DNA of 34,848 bases from Chiloscyllium plagiosum (Eukaryota). Positions 23,885 to 34,848 of the stretch are shown piece by piece. Position 1 is the first letter of the stretch. Each line of letters starts with the position of its first letter. The translations under genes were made by a program, and so were the position numbers. The notes under the pieces are model-generated. The model saw only the letters and a program-made list of their open reading frames with translations. It did no database searches and was not told the DNA's origin. Location: NCBI RefSeq assembly GCF_004010195.1, contig NW_025213641.1, positions 1 through 34,848 of the forward strand, in the 5' to 3' direction.

Positions 23885-23975
23885 AATGCCTTCCTGATGA
23901 AGGGCTGATGTCCAAAGTTTTGACTCTTTTTCCTCAGATGCTGCCCGACTGGCTGTGCTTTACCAGCGCCACAGT
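23885..23975 (+). mobile_element. Short Penelope pLTR remnant with a decayed hammerhead
   Basis: CCTGATGAAGGGCTGATGTCCAAAG..CCTCAGATGCTGCCCGACTGGCTGTGCTTTACCAGCGCCACA is homologous to 31161-31221. Confidence 0.75.
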
Positions 23976-24249
23976 ACCTGCCGTTTTTAGAGCTTCGTTC
24001 TTCGAGCTCTCCCCTCTGCGCACTGAACAGGGAATTAATCAGCAGAAACTCATTGCATGTGGAGCTGATTGTTGAGTTCTGGAAAGTTGTATTTGATGAG
24101 CACATTTATTAAAAGAGTAATTTCATTCAATAAATATTAATTCATTCCCAGAGTTACAGTTTTGGTTCATGAATTGGGCAGCTTGAGAACAAACAATGAA
24201 TGAATGACTGAAGAACTTCGCGTTATAGAGTATTCCAGGTGTTACATTC

Positions 24250-25910
24250 CAGGCTGGATGTCCTCTACCTTAATGCTGGGAATATTATCCGACAGACAGA
24301 TATGATAAGGGAACAAGGTGAAATGGGAAAGTGTGACATTTTTGCCATCACAGAGATGTGTTTGAGGGAGGTCAGGGCTGACAACTCAATATCCTGTGGT
24401 ACAAGATCGATAGGCACGACAGGAGAGGTGGTAAAAAAGTAAGTGGGGTTGCATTATTAATAATGGAGTCAGTTACTGCAGTAAGAAGGATCTTCTAATG
24501 AGGCTTGGTGGACCTGTTTTCTCACTCTTCAGACGCACCGCTGGGGATATATTGCAGACTCCCAGATAAAAGAAAGTACAGGAGCTGATATAAAACCAAT
24601 TTACTGAGGTGTGTTAATACAACAATAGGATCATCATATTCAGGCATTTCAATTCCAAACATTCATTCGGGCAATGATAACTTATTTAGAGAGGGCAGAT
24701 GCCTTGAAATTTATTCTGCAGAGCCTCTTATATCAACGTATAGCAGACACATCAATGGGCGGGGCTGTGCTGGGCCTCACCGTGGGGAACGAAGGCAGTC
24801 AGATGTTGCATGCAGGATTGAGAGAGCAGGAAAGGACCAGTGGCCGTGACTCATACTCAAAATTGTTTGAAAAATAAAAGCTTTTTGGATTTGGGAGACT
24901 AATTTTATGAAGAAAAAATGACAGGATCTGGCCAAAGTATAGTTGCTTCTGGATGAAACTGTAGCAGAACAGCGAGCGGCGGGGATGGTGGTTCACTTGA
25001 TCAAAATGGAATTGATGACAGTGTCGGCCCAGCATGTTTAACCAAAGATGAATTTTAGGTAAACAATCCCAGAAGACCTCGGGAGCGACACAAATTCCGA
25101 ACAGAATTAATAAGGAAAGAGAAGCTTAACGCAGTTCCAAAGTGAGCAGGTCAATGGAGGTCCAAAAAAAATATAGGAAGTGTCGGGCTAAACGTAAAAA
25201 CTCAGTAGAAGAGCAGAAGTAGAGGCGAGGAGTTGAAACATTAAAGGGTAAGATTAACAAGAGTTCAAACGCATTCTTTCGGTTTATTAAGGGGAAGAGG
25301 ATAACGCGGGAGAGAATTAGGAGTGTTCGGGACCAAGGGGGTGCACGGAGCCAGAGAATATGTCAAACACGGACTTTCTTTCGGTCTTCAGTTTGAAGAA
25401 GGAGTTCCTGGATTCAGGGAGAGTGATAGCGTGATCCTTGAGTGAATTGATACAGAAGCTGACGAAGAATTGGAAATTTATGTGGGATAGAGAGTGGGCA
25501 AATCCACAGATCAAGATGCGCTGTATCTTAGGCTGACGTGGAGGATGAGTGAGGAGATTACAGTCTCTTACCTTTTCATTTTTGTTTTGTCTCTGGTCAC
25601 AGAGAGGGTGTGATAGGACAGGATAACATCTAATATTGATACAACTTTCAAACAGAGTGCTAGAAATACCACATGGGATTAAAGACCTCCAAGTCTCACA
25701 TCAGTGAGAGGGAAACAATTGTAGAAAATTCTGTGGCTATTGAGGCTGGCTCATTAAATATATTCAGAGTTGAGGCAGACTGATTTTCATACAAAGATTA
25801 TTGGGAAAATGTAGCCAAGTGGACTGGGGGATTATCAAAATCGATCTCACCTAATTGAGTGGAAAAGCAGACTCAGTGAGCGGATAGACATACTGTTGTT
25901 CCTATGTCGA
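24250..25910 (+). mobile_element. Old CR1 ORF2, heavily decayed
   Basis: LDVLYLNAGNI..CDIFAITEMCL at 24255-24365; PSLTSVRGKQL*KIL near 25690; a tail remnant to about 25910. Confidence 0.75.
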
Positions 25911-26149
25911 ATTGTATCATTTTTACAATAGCCTTGTATTCACTGGAATATCAACCTCTGTCGCTATGGAGTGAGACACAGTTTGGAATGCAGTCGACGG
26001 ATTCAATGAATTAATAAATACAGTACTATTAGACAGAAAGGACCAAGGGACTGTGACAACGCAGATTGGCTGTCGGGGTGAAGATTAGCATCAGCGCAGT
26101 CAGCACTACCAAAAGGAAGACATCAGTAAGACACCCTCCAAGACCAAGC

Positions 26150-28903
26150 AGTGACCTTGGCTAGAGAGCAGGTAGTCAGTAACCAGGTGTCAAAGAGTAC
26201 CTAATGCCCAACTGCTACATCACTGCAGTATCTCCCTCCTTCCCTAACCAAAGCTAAATGTGAAGAGGTAGAGAGGAACATGTTGTTGGTAGCAGAATAA
26301 GTAGTAATATTTGGCTCAAGAGGCTTTGGAAAGCAACAGATCAGCAAAAAATACAGGCAAGCTCAAATAAAGTCCTTTCAAGTTTAGTTTTGCAGCAGTG
26401 GGGATAGCATTTAAGTCAGTTGCACGTTGCTCCTACTGGATGTGGGATCTCAGGTCAATTTCCACCGTCTCTGAAGACTACACGTGTGGAAAGTGAACCC
26501 AGCTGCAACTCCTGGGAGACCATGTTCGGGAGCTGGAGCTGAATGCATTCAGGATCATCGGAGATACTGAGAACTTCATAGATAAGAGCTTTCTTGATGT
26601 GGTCACACCCAAGACCCGCAACAATCATGACTGTAATATCCCAGTCCCACGTTAAGATCCATGCCATCAGTTCATCAGGCTTACGTGTCAGTCCTGTTGC
26701 ATTTAAATAAAGAAAATTTAATCCAATAGGCAGTCCTTGCTTCCTGTTGTGTTCAAGACAGAGAGGAGGTGGGCGACGACCTGGAACGGCGAACGGAGTA
26801 GGCAGAGAGTGCAGGAATCCGCTGTGGCCAATCCCGTCGAAAACAAGTACATCGTTTTGAATCCTGTTCAGGGGAATGACGGTTCAGGGAAAAGCAGCAG
26901 TAGCCAAGTTGGTGGCATTACCATTGACTCTGGGGCACAGTAGGAAAGGGTAGCGGTAAAGAGGACCTTAGAGATAGGAGAGTCGATTGTTAGAGGGACA
27001 GATCGGAGATTCAGTGGCCTCAAAAGGGAATCCAGAATGGTGTGTTACCTCCCACGTGCCAGGATGTCTCCGAGTGACTGCAGAAAATTCCCAAGGGGGA
27101 GGGGAGCAGCCCGAAGTCATTGTGCACGTTGGCACAAATGACACAGGTAGATATAGGAAGGAGGTCCTACAGAGTGATTACTGAGAGCTTGGAGAAAAGT
27201 TAAAATCTAGGAACTTGATGGTGGTAATCTCCTGATTACTTCAATTGTAATGAGCTAATGAAAGTAAGAGCAGGAGGATATGTCAAATAAATAAGTAACA
27301 AAAGAATTGGTGTGGGGGTGGGGGGAAGAGAGATTCAAATGTTTAGATCATTGGGGTCTTTCTGTGACAGGGTTGACCTGATCAGGAGAGATAGGTGGCA
27401 CATGCAATGGGGAGGAGACCAATATCGTGTTGGCGAATTTTGCAAGTGCAACAAGGGAAGGTTTAAACGATATTGGGGAGGAGTTATCCTCATGAACAAG
27501 GAGTCAAGTGCGAGGCTGGAAGGAGATACAGTAATCAGAAACAGGAAAGTGAAGAGACAGGTTAGGCTGGGACACGACAGGGAGCAAGGAATGCCTGTTG
27601 GATTATTTCGATGCAAGAGGGCTGGCAGGTCAGACCAATAAACTAAGGGCGTGGATAGTAACGTGTGATTGGGATAATACAGCTTTTATAAAAACATGGC
27701 TTAGCGAGGGACAGGACTGGCAGCTTAACTTACCAGGGGATAGGTGCTTTAGGCAGGACAGGGATGCTGGAAGGAGGGGAGGAGGAGTTGAATTTCTGAT
27801 TAATGGGATTATCACAGCAGTANNNNNNNNNNNNNNNNNNNNNNNNNNNNNNNNNNNNNNNNNNNNNNNNNNNNNNNNNNNNNNNNNNNNNNNNNNNNNN
27901 NNNNNNNNNNNNNNNNNNNNNNNNNNNNNNNNNNNNNNNNNNNNNNNNNNNNNNNNNNNNNNNNNNNNNNNNNNNNNNNNNNNNNNNNNNNNNNNNNNNN
28001 NNNNNNNNNNNNNNNNNNNNNNNNNNNNNNNNNNNNNNNNNNNNNNNNNNNNNNNNNNNNNNNNNNNNNNNNNNNNNNNNNNNNNNNNTTTAAACGTGAG
28101 ATAGCTAGAGTTCAAGGTTTTTATGTTCCTGTGACAGTGAAGGGCAAGGTTGGCAGGAATGGGGAACCCAGGATGCCAAGAGATATTTAGGCATTGACTG
28201 AAAAAGGGGATGCGTGGCTCAGGCACAGGCAACTGGGATCAAAGGAATTCCTGGCGGTATATAAGGGATGTAGGAGTTTACCTCTGATGGAAATCAAGAA
28301 GGCAACAAAGGTGCTATGAAAGAACCTTGGCTGAGAAGATTAGGAGGAATCCAAAGAGTTACTTTAAGAGTATGAAAGGAAAGCAATAACTAGTGAGAGA
28401 ATAGGACCCCTCAAATACCAAAGTGGACATACATGTCTGGAACCATAAGAGATGGACGAGGTCCTCGACACGTATTTCTTCTTTATATTTACCGTGGAGA
28501 AAGACATAAATACTTGGGATTTTGAGGAAGTTAGTGGTGATATCTTAGGAGCAGTCCATATCACAGTAGAGGAGGTATTGGGCATACAAGGATATTTGAC
28601 GGTGGATTAATCTCAGGGTCCTTAACAAGTATATCCATGAACACTGCAGGGATCTCTGAGAAGAACTTGTGGCGACCCTGGTTAAATACATTTATCACCA
28701 TTAAACAAAGTTGAGATTCTAGAAGACTGGAGGGTAACAAATGCTGTGCCCTTGTTCAAAAGGAACTGTAAGAAAAAATCCTGGGAAATATAGACCAGTA
28801 AGTTTAACATCTTTGGTAGGTACTTTACTTGAGAACATACCATGGAATAAGATGGACATGCATTTGGAAAGGCAGGATCTGATTAGGAATAGTAAGCATG
28901 GCT
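26150..28903 (+). mobile_element. Old CR1: 5' UTR, ORF1 (Cys finger and SGNH esterase-like domain) and ORF2 5' half; it continues at 30973-31062 and ~31278-31296
   Basis: IGESIVRGTDRRFSG..PEVIVHVGTNDTGR (esterase), YFDARGL..KTWLSEGQDWQLN..GGGVEFLI (endonuclease), PGKYRPVSLTS..LIRNSKHG. Confidence 0.88.
27823..28088. other. Assembly gap (266 N)
   Basis: Run of N. Confidence 1.
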
Positions 28904-30972
28904 CATAGAATATAGAACATAGAAAAATACAGCGCAGTACAGGCCCTTCGGCCCTCGATGTTGCGCCGATCCAAGCCTACCTAACCGACACGAGCCCACT
29001 ATGCTCCATATGCCTATCCAACGCCCGTTTAAATGCCCATAAAGAGGGAGAATCCACCACTGCAACTGGCAGGGCATTCCATGAACTCACGACTCGCTGA
29101 GTAAAGAATCTACCCCTAACATCTGTCCTATACATAACACCCCTTAATTTAAAGCTATGTCCCGTCGTAATAGCTGACTCCATACGTGGAAAAAGGTTCT
29201 CATGGTCAAACCTATCTAAACCCCTAATCATCTTGTACAACTCTATAAAGTCACCCCTAAACCTTCTTTTCTCCAATGAAAACAGCCACAAGTGCCTCAG
29301 CCTTTCTTCATACGATCTTCCTACCATACCAGGCAACATCCTGGTAAACCTTCTCTGCACCCGTTCCAGTGCCTCCACACCCTTCCTATAGTATGGCGAA
29401 TAAACTGCACACAATACTCCAGATGCGGCCGCACCAGAGTCTTATACAACTGCAACATGACCTCAGGACTCTGGAACTCAATTCCTCTACCAATAAAAGC
29501 CAGTACACCATATGCCTTCTTCACCGCACTATTTACCTGGGTGGCAACTTTCAGAGATCTGTGTACATGGACACCAAGATCCCTCTGCTCATCCACACTA
29601 CCAAGTATCTGACCATTAGCCCAGTACCCCATCTTCGTGTTTCTCTTACCAAAGTGAATCACCTCACACTTACCCACATTGAACTCCATTTGCCACCTTT
29701 CTGCCCAGCTCTGCAGCTTATCTATATCTCGCTGTAACCTCGCACACCCTTCCTCACTGTCTACAACTCCTCCAACTTTCGTATCTTAGTCACCTTCTCA
29801 AAGAATTCAATAAGGTTTGTGAGGCACGACCTGCCCTTCACAAAACCATGCTGACAACCCTTGATCACATTATTCCTATCCAGATGTTCATAAATCCTAT
29901 CCCTTACAATTCTCTCTAAGACTTTGCCCACAACAGAAATGAGACTCAGCGGCCTATAGTTACTAGGGTTATCCCTACTCCCCTTCTTGAACATGGAGAC
30001 CACATTTGCTATTCTCCAGTCTTCTGACACTATTCCTGTAGACAACAAGGACATAAAAATCAAGGCCTATAGCTCTGCAATCTCCTCCCTTGCTTCCCAG
30101 AGAATCCTAGGATGAATGCCATCAGGCCCAGGGGACTTATCTATATTCACCCTTTCCAGAGTTTCCAACACCTCTTCCCTACATATCTCAAAGCAGTCCA
30201 TTCTAATTAATTGTGACTCAGTATTCACATCGGCAACAATGTCCTGTTCCTGAGTGAATACTGACGAAAAGTATTCATTCAGTGTCTCCCCAATCTCTTC
30301 AGCCTCCACACGCAACTTCCCACTACTAGTCTTGACTGGACCTATTCCTATCCTAGTCATTCTTTTATTCCTGACATACCTATAGAAAGCCTTAGTGTTT
30401 TCCCTAATACGACCAACGAAGGACTTTTCATGTCCCCTTCTTGCTGCTTTTAGCTCTCTCTTCAGTTCCCTAATCCTATCTACTAAGGACCTTTCATGTC
30501 CCCTCCTTGCTGCTTTTAGCTCTCTCTTCAGTTCCTTCCTGGCTACCCTATAACTCTCAATCGCCCCAATTGAACCTTCACGCCTCATCTTTACATCGGC
30601 CGCCCTCTTCCATTTAACACGGGATTCCAATTCCTTATTAAATCACGGGTCCCTCATACGACCCTTTCCTCCCTGCCTGACAGGTACATACTTATCAAGG
30701 ACACTCAATAGTTGCTGGTTGAATAAGCTCCACATATCAATTGTGCGCCTACTTTTCCAAGCCACGCATCCTAAGTCATGCATCACCGCATTATAATTTC
30801 CCTGCCCCCAGCTATAACTCTTGCCCTGCAGTGCAGACTTATCCCTCTCCATCACTCGAGTAAAAGTCACCGAATTGTGGTCACTGTCCCCAAAGTGCTC
30901 ACCTCCCTCCAATTCTAACACCTGGCCTGGTTCGTTACCCAGAACCAAATCCAGTATGGCCTCACCTCTTGT
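28904..30972 (-). mobile_element. Young 5'-truncated CR1 nested in the older CR1; RT core deleted, with a 66-bp internal duplication
   Basis: ORFs 30643-30948 (LGNEPGQV..HFGDSDHN), 30067-30630, 29761-30063 (NYRPLSL..HGFVKGRSCLTNL), 29321-29689 and 28977-29414. Tail CATAGAA repeats start at 28904. TGGCT flanks it at 28899-28903 and 30973-30977. Confidence 0.95.
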
Positions 30973-31062
30973 TGGCTTTGTGCATGGAGCTTTATGCCTA
31001 AAAAACGTTTAAAGTTAATTGATGATGTGACCAGGATGATTGACTTTGGCAGGGTGTAGACG

Positions 31063-31272
31063 TCGAAACGTATGGTGCTGGAAATGCACAGCAGACCAGG
31101 TAGCATTCAAGGGACAGGAGCATCGATATTTCAGGCATAAGCCCTTCAGCAGGAATGTCCAAACATCGATTCTCCTGCTTCTCGGATGCTGCCTGACCTG
31201 TCGTGCTTTTCCAGTGCCACATTTTTTTTTCGCTCTGATCTCCAGCATCTGCAGTGATCACTTTTTCCTCTT
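31063..31272. mobile_element. Palindromic Penelope pLTR-derived miniature element with a decayed hammerhead
   Basis: Inverted arms at 31073-31131 and 31161-31219; the minus strand has CTGCTGA-AGGGC-TTAT-GCCT-GAAA-TATCGA at ~31151-31123. Confidence 0.8.
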
Positions 31273-31494
31273 AGAATTAGTCTGTACGGATTTCAATTAC
31301 AACAGAACAGGATGAATGTTTTCAGCATCTGGACGCTGATATACAGTTACAGGCGGAGGCTAATCAGCCCCTCGAGCCTATGAAACTACCCAGAGAAGAT
31401 CACGCAGCAATAGGATCAGTCTATTCAGTTACTTGAAGTCCGTAACACAGGAAATCGAAGTGACCACAAACTGACTGGACTCTGGGGTACACTG

Positions 31495-31730
31495 GAATAA
31501 CACGAGACCATTTAGCTCCTCAAGCCTGCCCTTCCCTTCAGTAACGTCATGGCTGATCTGGACTGGGCTGCAATTTCTCTTTCATACCCAATTCCTTGTA
31601 GCCCTTGAATCTCTGACGTATCAAAATCCATTGACACCCATTCCCACCCCTTTCCCAATCATTTCTGTAATGCAGCTGTCTGGGACAGAGAGTCGCCAAC
31701 AGTCTCTACCCTCTGAGAGAAGGAAATACT
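31495..31730 (-). mobile_element. Decayed CR1 3' tail
   Basis: GACCATTTAGCTCCTCAAGCCTGCCCTTCCCTTCAGTAACGTCATGGCTGATCTG resembles 2565-2610 and 13505-13560. Confidence 0.65.
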
Positions 31731-31789
31731 CCCCACACATATATCTTGGCCTATTGACATAAACAAAAGATACGAACTCAGCGTCAGAG

Positions 31790-32095
31790 TGGCTGGCCCT
31801 GACATTACGGCAGGATTTGACGGAGCAAGGTGTCATGGAGTCTGAATAAGGTTGAACTGAATGGGATCAGGTGTAAACTCCCCACTGGGTCATTCAGAAA
31901 ACAATGTGGTTGGTGGACAGCAATCCTCTTAGTACCTGGATATCTCTGTGGGCGATCCTTCGGGTAGCTTCTTCGGCACAAACACCTTCAGCTACTTCAT
32001 CAATATCCTTCCCTCCATCATTCGGTCAGAAATGAAGATGTTCTGTAGAAATCACATAAAACTTCAAAACCTGAACAACATTCAAGGTTGTTGTT
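31790..32095 (+). mobile_element. Decayed LINE RT fragment (CR1/L2 group)
   Basis: Remnants of ALDI..FD.V.H, GxPxGSxxG.NTFSYFINILPSIIRSEMKMF. Confidence 0.65.
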
Positions 32096-32299
32096 AACGT
32101 TCATGTAACAGCATTGCTAGACCCTAAACATTTTCACAGGATATAAAGAGGAGCTCTTTCAGCATCTCAAGCTGGTTTCATTGGAATGTCAGAACGCCAT
32201 TCAGCCCATTGAAACAATTAGACAAGTAGACTCACAGCCAATTCACTCTCTCCTGCCTATTAAACCTGAAGAGTTTTTTTTTAATGTAAATATTGAAAA

Positions 32300-32660
32300 G
32301 CAGGTGGCTGGGAGACCACACCAAGCAAAGCAGCATCAGGAGGTGGAGTAGTCAACACCTTGGATTTAACATTTCTTCAGGAGTGGGGATGGACGTAAGG
32401 AGGTTTCCAGGTAAAGAAGAGGCGTGGGGAGGAGGAGGTGGTGTGATGAGGTGGGGATGGATCAACACTGGTAAAGGGAACCACCGGGTTAGTTGATTGG
32501 AGGAAATAATCCAGCTGGAAGAAGGGTGAATCAGAAGAATGGAAGGGAGATGGACGGGCTGGGAAGGGAGGGGGAGGTGATGGGAAGTGAATGGGAGTGA
32601 TTGGGAAGGGAGTCAGCAGATTGGAAGGGAAGTTATTTGAAATTGGAGAACTCGGTGTTC
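32300..32660 (-). mobile_element. Penelope 3' end and pLTR remnant
   Basis: The minus strand starts AACACCGAGTTCTCCAATTTCAAATAA (NTEFSNFK*, a typical PLE ORF end), followed by a pyrimidine-rich tract and CTGAAGA..CCTGATGCTGC. Confidence 0.65.
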
Positions 32661-33019
32661 TCGAGACATTCGAGACACTGACACATCAATAAGAAGAGGC
32701 CATTCAGCCCCGCCAAACGTTGATACTGCAACAGGAGGATGTCTTTGATGCTGCAACATGAAAAACTAAAGAAGAAGAGACTGCACAGACAGACTGATCC
32801 ATGTTGTTCCTCCTGGGTCCATTGTTAATGGTACACACGTGTTAAGTTAACATGGTTTGCTGATCGTGAGGAGTGAAAGTGAATGATTTGTACCAAGTTC
32901 CAAGGAGGCATCTTCCATCACCGAGATGTTATGGACGAGTCTAGATCTCTCAAAACATTCTTAAGCAAACAGCCCAGAGCATAACTTTGCAGTTTGTTTC
33001 ATTAAGTGTACAATGAAAA

Positions 33020-33586
33020 TTACGTGGTGTAGTTTAGCTATGTTGACTACTGGATTTTAAAACAGAAAAAAACTTTATTCACAAAAGTACACAATGAAAC
33101 ACAAAGAACAGAATAAAGTACCACTACAAAACTCAACCGATCCAGCTAGACTTAATTATGCTGTTCCGAATGCACATAACAGTGCCAATAAGCAAACTCG
33201 CTTTAAAAAACAATATAAATGGAACACAAGCTTACAGGTTGAAGTTGAAGGGTAGAAAAGAGAGAGAGTTTCCACACAGCTCCCTGTTGAACATCCCAGT
33301 TCTAGACTCAACTGAAAGCTGCTCAGCTCAGCTCAGCTAGTTCAGCTAAAAGAGCTCACCACTCCCCTTTCATTATACAAGTCAGTTCTAAAGCCCAACA
33401 CTTTGGCCTTAAGTCTCATCTGTTTACAGATAAACAAAAGGCCACTGAAAATCCTTTTAGTCTCTGTACCAAGCCAGACTGACCAGAATCAGGCCCCTTT
33501 TTATTGTCCCTCTGAAAGAAATCAAGGACAGAGTCCACCTCAGCCAAAAAAAGCTTCTTGACAAAATAGGGTCTAACTTTGTGACG
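33020..33586 (-). mobile_element. 3' LTR of the Gypsy element; left boundary uncertain
   Basis: The minus-strand polypurine tract TAAGGGGAGG (33596-33587) abuts CGTCACAAAG, a presumed mutated TGTCAC LTR start. TATAA lies at ~33377 and AATAAA at 33079-33074. Confidence 0.75.
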
Positions 33587-33763
33587 CCTCCCCTTAAGAG
33601 ATAAACCATAAATACCAAAATATGGCTGCATTTTTAACCATTCAAACCCAGTTGGTAGTCTAAAAACGCACATATGCACTGGAGCAATTGTAAACATGCA
33701 AACATGCACAATCCCCATGCAAATTCAGGCCGCAGTACACCCACAACCAAACGCCTCCATATC

Positions 33764-34848
33764 TCATTCAAGTTTCAGAAACGCATCGGCAATCACATTT
33801 TCACAACCTGCCACATGCACAATTGTCATAATGAAAGGCTCCAACAACAAGCTCCATCGAAGGAGTCTGGCAATTTTATCCTTAATTTTTTCCGCAAATA
33901 TCAATGGGTTGTGATCAGTGTATACAATTGTCTCAGGTGCATCGCTGGTGATATAAACACTGAAATGTTGTCATGCCAACACCAAGCTTAAATTCTCTTT
34001 ATCCACTGTTGAATATTTCTGTTGATGAAGTTCAACTTCCTAGAAAAATATCCGATTGTTCTTTTGACTCCCTCGTCATCTTCCTGCAGGAGCACCGCAC
34101 TGACACCCATATCACTGGCATCGAGAGCCACCTTGAAAGGTTTTGTGTAATCCGGTGTGGCTCATACTGGGGGCAGTCGTTAAAACAGTTTTTCGGCAGG
34201 CAAATGCCTTTTGACAGTTTGCTATCCATTGAGAGTTCTTGCCCTTTTTTAATAATTTGGTGAGTGGAGCAGCCACACGACTAAAGTTTGATGCAACCAT
34301 TCAGTAAAATCCAGTCAATCCCAGGAACCGTAATACTACTTTTTGTCGATGGTGTGGGAATCTTCCCACTTCTTACGATTTTATATCGCATGGGGCTATT
34401 GGTCCATGTCCAATAACATGTCATAGGAACGTGCCTTGGGCTTTCGTAAATTCACTTTTAGCTAGGTTTGTAACAGTGTTGACTTTGTCATAGTCCCTAC
34501 ATGACTGTGGGGTACCATCTGGCTTTGGCATCATGACGATAGGTGAGTTCCACTTCAATTATGCCATCTTGGAGCATTCACTCTATCTCTTTCTGAACCT
34601 GTGCCAACTTTGTACATTTATGCCTATAAGAATGTTGCTTAATCGGAACAGCATCTCTTATATCTACATGATGCACAATTATGCTGTACTTCCCAATTTA
34701 CCTCCGTATATCTCCCAAAGTGATCGTAATAAATCTTTTGGGTCATTTCGGTTTTCTTGTGGAAGGTAACTCAATAATTTATCCTAATGTTTGCCAACTT
34801 TCTCAATGTTCAATGTGATTTGAGGAATGTCCCATTCAGAATCCTCTG
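33764..34848 (-). mobile_element. Ty3/Gypsy pol remnant (RT-RNase H, no downstream integrase; Gmr1-like), disrupted
   Basis: HHVDIRDAVPIKQHSYR..WNSPIVMMPKPDG..DYDKVN, RFLGLTGFY..NFSRVAAPLTKLLKK, and ARLLRWSLLLEPF..IVHVAGCENVIADAFLKLE* with the stop at 33766-33764. Confidence 0.9.

Noticed and set aside
27598..28232. Long ORFs spanning the N run
   Set aside because: They are artefacts of translating through the assembly gap.

Overview
Eukaryotic, repeat-dense genomic DNA. The repeat content (CR1 LINEs with (TTCTATG)n tails, HE1/V-SINE-type SINEs, Penelope elements) points to a cartilaginous fish, probably a shark; this is an inference. Most of the window is nested, decayed retroelements: CR1 LINEs of several ages, at least six Penelope-like pieces, tRNA-derived SINEs, and the 3' part of a Ty3/Gypsy element whose pol ends in RNase H with no downstream integrase (Gmr1-like order). 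One Penelope piece carries an apparently intact minimal hammerhead ribozyme at 22676-22716 on the minus strand. The only host coding sequence I can support is a minus-strand first coding exon (1640-1496) of a GPR139/GPR142-like GPCR; its main exon would lie left of the window. That exon appears to have lost its ancestral repeat-encoded N-terminal frame and to have an alternative ATG in another frame. There is a 266-nt N gap at 27823-28088. Family assignments come from recalled motifs, not database searches, and boundaries of old elements are approximate. I found no evidence for a wholly new system; the most interesting items are variants of known systems.
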